The notes beneath the pieces were generated by a model, which made no database searches, was not told the origin of the DNA, and worked only from the letters and a program-made list of their open reading frames with translations. 64,000 nt of DNA, from assembly GCA_945482995.1 (NCBI GenBank), contig CALYRM010000001.1, positions 1,413 to 65,412 on the forward strand, read 5' to 3'. This document shows, piece by piece, positions 18,015-30,000 of this stretch. The position numbers and the translations under genes were made by a program. This DNA comes from an uncultured Clostridia bacterium (GTDB lineage Bacteria; Bacillota; Clostridia; Christensenellales; CAG-1252). Each line of letters opens with the position of its first letter. Positions within the stretch are counted from its first letter, which is position 1.

Positions 18015-21000
18015 CTACTCGTCGATTGTCAAAACGTAGACGAATATTGTTTTTATCTCTCCGGACGTGTTTTTGTTAGAGTTAAACTTAATCCGATACG
18101 CGCCGTTGTCGGTCGAATAGGTCATCGACGTTTTTATCGAATTGACCACAAAGTCGACGTTTTTCGCGCAACTATACGGAATGTAAGTAAACTCTGTCAT
18201 CTCGTAATTCAACCACGGCATTAATTCGAACAAACTGATTTGTCGGTAATTATTGACAGATATTCTATTATCCTTTGTTCCGAGTCCGTCCGAACTCCTT
18301 TCGGTTAAACTATAGTCGTTCGTCGACAAATACCAATCTCTGTGCATATAGTTACGAACTGTCGTGTACAAGGCTTGTTTGAACGAATCGTCGCGCGATA
18401 CAAACGTTTCGTAATCGGTACCGCCGTCGTCGGTGTCGTCGTTGCCTATCGCCAGACTTCCGAATGTACGAGTCGTTCCGCTTTCGGTAGTTCTAATCAA
18501 CGAAGTGGCGTTTGCCAGATAATCGAAACTTCCCGAGATCGAAGCGAAAGCGTAAGGACTATCCAGTTTACCGATCAACGAACCTACCGTACCCGTACCC
18601 GCTTCGCCTAGCGCCAAACGAACGGTCGCGAACGAATACGCGTTTTTGATTAAAACATTTTCGGCGGTTACCGTCATAGTTCCAGCCAACGCGCCGACTG
18701 CGGTTTGTCTGTCTTCGGCTTCGTTCGCTTTTGCCGTAACTCTACCTACAAAGCCTACGCCGATTATTTCGGTATCGGTCGCGTCTCCGACTATTCCGCC
18801 GACGCTTGTCGCGTTGTGCGAGCCGTAAACGTATCCGCTGACCGTGACGTTGCTTATCGTACCGCCGTCGGAAACGGATGCGACAACGCCCATCGCGGTT
18901 TGATTTCTGCTGACCGCTACCGCGTTCTTAACGGTAAGATTTCTTACTATACCACCGCCCGAGCTACCGTCCAAAACCGCAAACAATCCGCCTTCGGTCA
19001 AAATAATATCCGAAACGGTGTAGTTTTGACCGTCGTACGTTCCTTCGAGCAATCCGCCTTCTCCCAATACGACGTAACCGACCGACGATATACCGCTGAT
19101 GTCGTTTTGTTGCAAAATCGTCGGCAGTTTTCCGATAGGAGCAAAATCGTCGTGTCTTGCTTCGTACAATCCGCGCAAGTCGTCGCCCATTTTTTGCAAG
19201 TCTTTTGCGTTAAACGTCATCAATACGTAGTTAATCGAATCGCGAACTCTCAAGTAAACTATCTGCAATACGGGCAAGTTGATTTGATAGTTATAACGAT
19301 TTCGATCGTTGACGATGTTGACGTATAGTTTTGCGTTCGGTTCGTCTTGAGATCCGACTATCTTGTTATATTCGTCGCGTATACCCATATCGTTAGCCCA
19401 GTTGTTGACTATACGAATTACGGTATTGGGTATTACTCCGTCGACCAACATACCGTTCGAAATCAACAAATCGTTAAACTCTTTTGCGGTTAAGTCTTGA
19501 GCTTCGGTACCGAAGAGCGGATCGTAAACCTTGTTGATTTCTATTTCTTTGGGTTCTTCTTGCCAACTTTGGAGCAAGTTATCGTATTCCAACTCTAGTT
19601 GACGCTCGAGAATGGTGTATTCCACTCTTGAGTTTTCGGTCAAAGCGGGTACGTACGTCGAACCGTCGTCGGTTTCCGAAAGGATTTGATTGGATTCCTC
19701 CAATATTAGCCTTACTTCGTAGTTACTGTAACCGTACTCGTCTACCGTCTTGATATAGTAGTTCTCGCCGTTTTCGTCCTTGCTTACCCTTATTACGAAG
19801 AAGTGGGGATTGTTCTTGGACGCGTCTTTTACGTGAGCGACGGTTTCGCCTTTGTAATTGTAACCTGCAATGGTTATGTAGCCGAGCAAGTAATTGCCTT
19901 CGACGAGCGTGGTCAACGCAGAGTTATAATTTTCGCCCGCGCTGTTGAACATTTGGATGATATTTGCGATACCCCTGCTCCAAGCGTCGCTTTCGGCAGT
20001 ACCTGCGGACGTATAAACCTTGTTGTCGTCGTTCATATCGAAGATAACGGTGGTATCGTCGTAGTATTGACTTCTTTCGGGCGTGCCTACGTATATTTCG
20101 ATAGGCATAGGTCTGATATTCGCCTTGATGTTCGACGAACCTGTCGTACCCGTCGTTTCGTCGGTTTCGAGCGTGTAGTTATCGTTGATTATGTTCGACC
20201 AAACGATATCCGCGTTGGAAACCGATACGTTTCCTGTTTGATTGCCGTCGTCGTCTCTGAACGTGATACTCTTAGGTTTCAAGTCGATGTTTTCTCCGTC
20301 GGCAATGAAACGATTTTTCTTGGTGATCGCGTCGTCGCGGATAAACTCGCATAACTCGTCGTATTTGTCGGTGATAAACGTTATCTGTTCGTCGGTAAAC
20401 ATTTTTGACAGATAACCCAAACCGTCGGTATACGACAATCCGAAACCTGCGAACGACAACACCGCTCTCGCATTACTGATCGCGGTTGCCGAAACATATC
20501 CGACTACGGCGTTTTGTTCCAAAATGCTGTAATACGAATCGGAACAATATTTTGCATTTTCAACCAACTTGTCGAGATAAGTTATCAATTCGGCGTCGGT
20601 TTCCGCGTCGAACGTTATGCCGTTAGTGTCGAGATAAGCCAACAACGCGACGACCTGTTCGAACAATCTCAAAGGAGATTGCGTCGACAACGTTTCGATA
20701 TTTGCGTATAGAGTACGAATCGTTTGTTCGTAATTCGATATTACCGACGATTGCAATTCGTTATAAGCCGTTATAAACGAATCGTAAACGTTGGAGTCGA
20801 CTCTCGATCTTACGTTTTCGCTCAAACCGTCAAGCATCGTCTTTACGTACTCGAATTGCAAGTATGCGGTTACGTCGTTCGTACCGATGACCGATTGCAT
20901 ACGCATAGTTACTACGTCGGCTTGGACTTGATATAACAGATTTGCGATAAAGCCGACTTCGGCTTGCGTGCTGTTGCTCAACGAATAGAATCTCGTCATT

Positions 21001-24000
21001 GCCGAACGTAATTGCATTTCGGTATCGGCAATAGTCATTTGTATGTTAGTACCGAACACGCTGTAGTATTGAGAGTATTTTCTGTTGACTTGGCTTGCCA
21101 ATTCTTGCTTTTGCTTATCGGCGAGCATATCGTACCAATACTTGAGTTTCGCTATGTTATGAACGTCGTTGCGATCGAATACGGGTTTATTCAATTCGTC
21201 GGTATCGATGTATGCCAACGGGAAGTTGACGATAAGTTGTTGTTCGATATTCGCGAAGTTGCTGTATATCGGTATGTTGGGATCGCCCATCTTGGAAACA
21301 TACAAGTCATAAAGTATTCTGGTACCCGCGATTCCTATCAAACTGTCCGCAACCGTCGTATTGTAAACGGTGTTTTGAAGAATGATAGTCAAACGATGCT
21401 CGGTCAACAGCGAACTGTCCGCATTGTCGGGAACGACAACCGAATCTATAATTCCGTTGATATATTCCACGTTGTCGGCAATCGTGTTGAGCGTTTCTTC
21501 GTAGACCGTATTGCTTACGTACTTACCCAGAGCCTTGCATTGATTTAGTAATTCCGCGAGATAGCGTGTTTCCACCACCACTTCCATCAATTTCGGTTGA
21601 TTGGAAACGGGAACGTCGTAGGCGTCGGCGAATAATTGCGCCAAAGTATCTCCGTACAATTCGATTACTCCGATTCCCATTTTTTCCAACAGGTTATCGA
21701 GTCTGTTTTCGATTATCATGGTTTGCGCCTTGAACAAGTACAAAGCCATATCCGAAATAGTATCCAAACCGTACTCTTTCAACGCTTCGAAGTTGACGTT
21801 TGCGGCTCTTACGTTATCTTCGGAGAATTTCATTTCGGGATCCGAATCGACGTTGAACAAATCGACGAACAGTTGAGCGTCCGAATTATATTTATTTTCC
21901 GATGCGCTACTCAAGTAATTCATCATATATTGCTTGGCGTCCGCTCCGTACAATTCGCGCATCAAGTAGTACATCTTGTTGTAATAATGCTTGATTTGAG
22001 AACGAGTATATATGTCGTTGATCATTGAGTAACTCATCAGATCCGACGAGAACTCCAATTCGTTAATCATAGCCGAAAGGGTGTTACCCAAAACGTTGAC
22101 GTTCGCTTCGACGTAAGGTACGATCGCCTTTATACCGACGTTGTTCTTTTGAGTCGCAGACATTCTTTGATAGAGATAGTACAACGATAGCACGTGGTCT
22201 ATGTCTACGATAGAAGCGGCTTTAAGACTGTTGTCGATAAATCTGGTAACGTACATTTCGTCGGTATCGTCGAGTTTCATCAAGTCGTAAATGTCGTCTA
22301 ACAACGCGCCTAGATTGAAACGATAAATCAATTCGTCGATTTCGTTATACTCTACCGAACCTTCGGCGTATTGATTTCTCAAAGTCGTTACTTCGTCCTC
22401 GTACGAATCGCAAACACTCTTTAATTCGATATATTTTGCAACGTAACGATAGAGCGGATAACTTCCCGATTTCGAATCGGCATTCATAGTTTCGATTTCG
22501 GTTTGCAATTCGTTAATCAACGCGTCTAACGTGTCGGCAAGTTTGGTTATTAATTCGACACCGCTTACTTTGGCAATCTTACGAGTGTTGATTTCTAATT
22601 GCATATAGACGTCGAACGCCGCGCTCAAGAAGTTGAATTGAGTATCCAATGCGGACGATTTAGCCACTTCGTCGTATAACGCGTCGACCATTTGAGCCGA
22701 TCTGATAAAGCCGATGTTGGACAACATATCGGTCGCCTTGAATTGCAATTCTTCCAAACTGCGAATAATTTGCGCAACTCTGTCCGCAGCGATTTCTTTA
22801 CAAGAAGGACATTCGAAGTTATTTTCGATTTCCGACCATTTTGTTTCGTTCGGGATAATAACGTTTATAACTTCGCCCGAGTCTCCGTCGTATGAATAAC
22901 TGTTGGACATCGTGGTGTAATAGATGTATCCGCATTTGTCGCACCTAAATCTTCCGCCGATATCGTTTTCCAATACGCCTCTGATGATGTAACTTATCTT
23001 GTTGCTTCCGTCGATGAAACCGCTGACGATAGCCGTACCGATTTGGTCGTAAACGTGAACGATTTGACCGCCACGACTGATAACCACGGGGTTATCGTCG
23101 GCGTCGAGTTGTTGACGGAATACCGATTCTATACTGCCGTCGGTCGAACTGAATTCGAAATACGATTCGCCGTCGTAATACTTTTCGAGAGCGTTTGCGT
23201 CGCTGTCGATGTCGACGGACAATATACGCTTCAAGATAGACCAGTTCAACGTATCGTCGTATTCTGCCAATTCGTAGTTATAACCGTAAGAACAGTAATC
23301 GTAGGTTACTTTGGTACCGTCGGCTTTGTAGTACGAAATTCTTTCGCGAGAAGTTTGCGAAATACCGAGTATCTTACAAGTAAAGCCCGTACCTGCTTCG
23401 GTATGAGACCAAACGCCACCCTTACCTTCGTCGGTTTCTACCGAAATATAACTATAGGTATATTGTTGTTGACCGTTTGCGAAACCGCCGGGATACAAAA
23501 CGCCTCTGCCCAATGCCGAAATGACGTGTTCCATACTGTCGTAAACGGGGGGATTAAGCGGATCGTATACGTGCGCCGACGTATTTCCGTTCAAGTACCA
23601 AACGATAGAAATGTTAAACTTATTCATGGTCGCCGAACCTACTACGTTAGCGATGTTGTAGTTACGAACGATTCTTACCGAACTCGATATGGATTGATCG
23701 TCGAAAGATACGTTGAGTTCGTAATCGCCTGCCAAACGGAATTCGTTCGCCCTACCGTTGTTAGCCTTGTAACCGTTTACGAAGTCTGCGGTCGGGTTGG
23801 TCGAAACGAGCAAGGATATCGCGCCTTGCGACGTAGCGTCGCGTATCAATAATTGGATACTTGCGCGGATCTTGTCTATTTGATCTATTCCGTTGTAGGT
23901 ATAGCGAACTTGCGACAAACTCAACCAAGTTTCTTGATCGTCGTCGTAACCTTGCCATACTACCGACGTATCGTATTTGACGATACGCAAAATCGCGGTT

Positions 24001-27000
24001 CTTTGCCAATCCTCGTAGTTACGTTCGTCCGAAACGGTAGCGATTATCATATAGATACCCACTTCGTCGTAACCTGCCTCGTCGATAGCGAACGCTTCGG
24101 AACCCGTCATCGGAACGGGATTGCCGTTTTGATCTACAACCCAAGTAACTCTGTTGTTTTTGGCGTTGTCGTAAGTCAAATCTCCCGTCACTTGAAGTTG
24201 TATCAAACGATAGGTGATGTTAGCGACGGACGAGTCGGGATAACGCGGGAAATTATTAACCACGTCGTAACCTTGAGATCCTTCTTTGACGTAGATGTAA
24301 TAATCTTGACCGCTGTACACCAACGGATTGCCGTCGTCGTCGACCAAACGATCGCCATAGGTCAAGTTGTCTATAACGCCCTTGTCGATGATAATGTCGA
24401 TACTTCCGTGCCAACCGAGATAGTTTTCTTGTTCCATAACGTCGGCGACTATACTGTAAACGCCTGCGTCGCGTACGCCGTTCGGTCCCGACGCGAACGT
24501 CGTCGAAGCGTTATGCGCGCTGTGTTGCGCTCCGCCGTAGATGATATGTATGGGCATATCTTGATCGTACGGATAATAGAGTTCCAATTCCGATCCCGCG
24601 GAGTCGTCGCTATACGAGAAGTTATTGCCCGAATCCGTTACGTAGAAGTAACGAGTAAATCCGCGATAATAAGTGTAATGTTGAACTTTGCTCAAAACAT
24701 AGTATTGCACGCCCGAAACGAAGGACGAGATATTCGCTATTTCGTAAGTTTCGGTTGCGCTGTCGTAAACGAAGTATAATTCTTTCGGGTTGAAAGTTCC
24801 GTTCGCTTCGACCATAATGTTTTTGAAACTGAAGTATTTGTCGATAGGCGCTTTTTCGACGGTTGCGTTCTTGGTAGCGTCGTTGAGATCGTAGTTATTT
24901 CCCAAAACGACTTCGTTATCGTCGTCGTAAGCGTTCAATACGGCGTTAATCTCGTATACGCCTGCGTTACGGAATTCCGACGTCAATTCGCCGTTGCGTT
25001 TGAGAACCAATCCGTTCGAGTCGTAAATCCTAGCGACGTCGACGATACTCAAATACAGATAGTTACCCGACGAAGCGAACTTATCGGCGTCGTCGCCGAC
25101 TAACGATACTCTCGCCGTCAAAGTGAACGAGTTTCCGTTGTATTGCAATACGCCGTCGGTGAGTTCAAAATCGGCGCCTATGGTTATCCATTCGATTTCT
25201 ACCGACAACTTGGAGATCTCGGCGCGAACGCTGAAAGCGTCGGACGATATGCGATAGTTACCTTCGAGATAGTAGTAAGAACCTACCTGTTCGAATTTTC
25301 CGCTGTCGACTCGAATTTCGTATTTGCCCGCGTTACGATACGCTCTTACTGGACCGACGGTTCCGTCGTCCAAAATAGCGTAGTAAATCAAATCGAGCAA
25401 CAATTCGCTTCCGCCGTACTTTTCGATATCGTCGCCAAGCAACGATATGGTTGCGAAAGTATTGTCGAAATTCGATCCGATGTTTTCACGCAACGTGCCG
25501 TTGTAAATCAATCTAGTGTTGTACCAGGCGACGTCGACGTCTTTGACGGTAATCAAATCGGTTTCGACGATATCGTCCATATAGTAGTTGATACTGTCGC
25601 TTACCACGAAAACGATACGAGTAACTTCTCTTACGTTTTTACTGTCGAAGCTTGCGCCGATAGTAACGTCGTCGCCGTCGCAAATTTCGTAACCCGCTTT
25701 GAGATAATCGGTCAAATCGGTAACGATTACTCCGTTTACTTTCGCTATAACGTTGGTCGTTCCGTCGTACTCTTTTTGCCAAGTCAACGAATCGGACAAC
25801 ATAAGTTGTTTTTTGAATATATACGCGTTGGTAACGTTGTCCCAAGTGTAGTTACGATATACGCTTTCGCTTTCCGATATTCCGTCGGCGTCGGACAAAA
25901 CGAAGTAAATAGTTTTGTTGTCGCCCGCGTTGATACTGTCGTAATCGGCGGAAATTCTGATCTTGCTTTGGTCGTCTCCCTGCCAACCGTCGACGATATA
26001 AGCGGGAGCGGAAGTCAAACGATCGTACACTTTGTTCCACGAAACGTCTTGACCGCACACGTCGCAAATACCGTCGTGATTGACGTCCGCGTGAACGTCG
26101 CAAGCGTTATCGGGGATTTTCTTTGCGCATACGTCGCAAACGCCGTCGCCGTTTACGTCCGAGTGGATTCTGCAATCGGTCGGATCGTTAAGTACGGGCG
26201 AGATAACCAACAATTTCTTGTCGATAACCAATTCGGCGGTTTCTTCCCAATCGTAGTAGTCGTTAATCGACTCGTCGGACGGCGTAATCTTGGCGGTAAT
26301 CGTATACGTTCCCGAATCTTTCGCGCCGTTCTTTACGCCCGAAACAAGTCTGCCGTCTGCGGTCGAAATGGTATAAACCAACGAAGCGTAGTCGTTACCG
26401 AGCAAGCTAATGATCGCGTCTTCGTCGAACTTATCGGAAGATTCGTCGACGAGAGAAACGGCGATATAGTGCATTGTCGAATCGTAAGTGAAATGCGCGC
26501 CTACGAAATAACGAGAGATAGTCGCTTTTTCGATAACGAATGACTGTATCAATTCGTTGCTGTTGACGACTTCGTAGTTGGTATCCGAGAACAAAGCGAC
26601 CAAGACGTAATTTTCGGCGTGGAACAATTCTTTTTCGATCAATCCGATCAATTCGTCGGTAACCGTTTCGTCGACCGTAATTCTGTCCGCGCTCGTCAAG
26701 AAAGTATTGCTCGACGTATATCCGGAATAATCTTTCAACGCGTCTTTTTGGAATACTTTGACGGTGAGCGAAACCAAACCTTCGAGTTCGGTAAGTTGTA
26801 TGGACGCTCTCGCGTAATTGACGGATCCGTTATAAACGATGCTTCCGTCGTCGTTCGGCAAACTCCATTCGACGCGAGTTTGGAACTTGTGGATATCGAC
26901 GTAACGGATCATTTCTTTGGTTTCGTAGTTACCGCTACCGTCACCTATGGTCGCTTTCAAAACGTACTTACCCGCGTTGAACATACCGTCGGCGTAGTCC

Positions 27001-30000
27001 ACGACGTTTCCGTTATATGTTAATTCGTAAACAACAGGAACTACCAACGTGTCGTTTTCTGACAACGAATAAGTCAACGAAGTAACGTATTCGTCTACCC
27101 AACCAGCGCGTTTGGTTACGGCGATATAGTGAGCCATACTGTCGAAAACTCTATCGATATATCCGTCCGCGTCGGTATCTTCGCCGTCGAAGTCGAAATA
27201 AATCGAACCTAATTTACCGTTTTCTATAGAACCGTCTTCGAACGTCAACATTTTGATGGTCAACGTACTCGTACCGCGCCAACCTTCACAATTTTGGCTT
27301 TCGGCGATGCTCGCTTCGATATAGTAAACGCCTACGTTCTCCGCGCCGTCGAACAAGTCCGAATATCCGAAGTCGTGTCCGGAAGTATTGTATCTGTATA
27401 CGACGTCGAAAGTAAGCGTACCGCCGTTCAATACGGCGTTTATCGTAAGTACGATTTCGTCCGCCCATTCGTTTTGACGGCTTACGCCGACGTAGTGACG
27501 ATGCATATCGTAATAACGTTCGCAATCTTCGGCGATAAACAGTTCGCCCAAGTTACCGTCCGAATCGTTCCATTGCAAACGGTCGATTTCGACGATAGTG
27601 TAACCCTCGTAAGATTCGATGTTGTCGTTACCGCCGATCGTGATCTTGATATAATATTTGCCCGCATTGACCGCGTAACCGAACGTTTCGGTATAAACCG
27701 AACCGCCGTTGACGTTGTATTGCCAAGTGATAGGCAACGCAAACGCGTTTTCGGATTCCGAACAGAAATAATCGGTACCCGACGGGCTTACTTTGAACAA
27801 AGCGGACGTCGATCTGCTGTCGAACGTTCCCAATACTCCGCCGTCCGCGTTTGCATATTCGAACGAAGCGTATTGCGCAGTCATATCGTAAACTCTCTTG
27901 ACGTTTACGGGGTCTATGACGGGGAAGTTATGATCTTCGCCGTTCCATTTGATCTTGTTGATCGTCAAATCGCAGAACGATTCGAAACCTTCGTAATTAT
28001 CGCCTTCTTCGATATAAGCGCGAATATGATATACTCCGCTGTCGACTGCGCCGTCGAATACGTTGGAATAATCTCCGCTGAACCCTACGTAATAGGTATA
28101 AATAACTTCGATGTCGAACGTTTCGTTTCCGATCGTATAAATCAACGACGAGATCTTGTTGGGATTGTAAGAATCTACGTTGGTCAAACCGACGTTGTGA
28201 GTCGCCGTATCGTAGGTCAAGGTAGTGCCGACCAATTGATAACGATCGAAGTTACCTTGTTCGCCGTTCCAACGTATCTTTTCGATTTCGATAACGGTTT
28301 CGTCGCTCCAACCGTTCCAGTTGATGCCTTCGGCAATAGTCGCTTTGACGTGATATTCGCCCGCGTTGTACGCATACTCGAAAGTATCTGCGTATGCGCC
28401 CGAACCTTGCGCGCCTACGTAGTAACGATATTCTACGGGAACGCTTATGTTACCGCCCGTCAAAGACAAAATCAACGAAGCGTTGAGTTCGTCCGCCGAA
28501 CCGCTTTCGTAAGCAACCGAAACGAAGTGTTTGTAACCGTCGAATACAAGAGACGTTCCGCCGTTAAGGAACAGCGATCTCGCTCCGCTCCAGTCGACTT
28601 TGTTTATAACGATAGTCGTTTCGTCGTTCCAATCGTCCCAGTTATCGCTACCTTCGATATGCGCTTTGATCTGATAGATACCCGCGTTCAACGCATATAC
28701 GAACGAACCGTTGTCGCCGTAGTTTCCGCTACCCGCTTCGCCCAAGTAATAAGTATAAACAACGGGCAAATTCAAACTAATTCCCGAAGACAAAGAGATA
28801 ACCCATTCTTCGAGCATCGTTTCGGGCATAACGTCTTTTTCCGCTCCGACCGACACTATGTGACGGTTGTTATCGAATACGAGCGTCGTTCCGCCGTTGA
28901 GATAGATAGGATCCATAGGATCGTCGTCTTTATCCCAAGTAAGTTTCTTGATAGTCAACGTAACCGTTTCTTCCCAAGCGTCCCAGTTATCGCTACCTTC
29001 GATATACGCTTTAACTTGGTATTTACCCGAATTGATAGCGCGTTCGAAGGGAGATAATTCGTAGTTACCGTCGGCGATTTCGCCCAAGTGATACGAATAA
29101 ACGACGTTTAGATAAATAATGTTATCGGGAGCCAATTCTATTTCGAGAACCGTGATCTGCGAAGTAGGAATTGCGCCGTCCGTCGAACCGATCGAAACGT
29201 AGTGATGTTCGCCGTCGTACGACAATGTACGTCCGCCGTTGAGATAGATAGGATCCAAAGGATCGTCGTCTTGTTCCCAAGTAAGTTTTTTGATAGTCAA
29301 CGTAGCGGTCATTTCCCAAGCGTCCCAGTTCACGCTACCTTCGATAAAGGTTCTGATCTGATAAACGCCCGCGTTGATCGCGCTGACAAAGAAACCGCTG
29401 TCGCCGTAGTTACCGCTACCCAAGTCGCCCATGTAGTAGGTATAACTTACGGGCAAGTTCAATTCGACGCCCGAAGCCAACGTGATCTTCAAGTTGGTGA
29501 TTTGACCGTCGGGATCTTCTTCGGCGGTATAACCGACCGTAACGTAGTGAATTTTGCCGTCGTAACAAATGGTCTTTGCGCCGTTTAAGTACAACGGGTT
29601 CAACGCGTCGTCGTCTTGTTCCCAAGTGAGCTTTTTGATAGTCAAAGTAACCGTGTCTTCCCAAGTGTCCCAGTTATCGCTGCCTTCGATATACGCTTTG
29701 ATTTGGTAAACGCCCGAATCTATCGCGTTTACGAAAGTCGCGTCGTAATCTCCGCTACCCAAGTCGCCCAAGTAGTAGACGTATTTGACGGTAAAGTCGA
29801 TTTGTCTGCCCGACGACAATTCGACCGACCACGAAGTAATCTGCGAAGTAGGAATTACGCCGACCTTCGAGCCTATCGAAACGTAGTGATATTCGCCGTC
29901 GTACGACAAAGTACGTCCGCCGTTGAGATAGATGGGATCCAAAGGATCGTCGTCTTGTTCCCAAGTAAGTTTATTGATTCTTATCCAAGTATCCGTTTGC

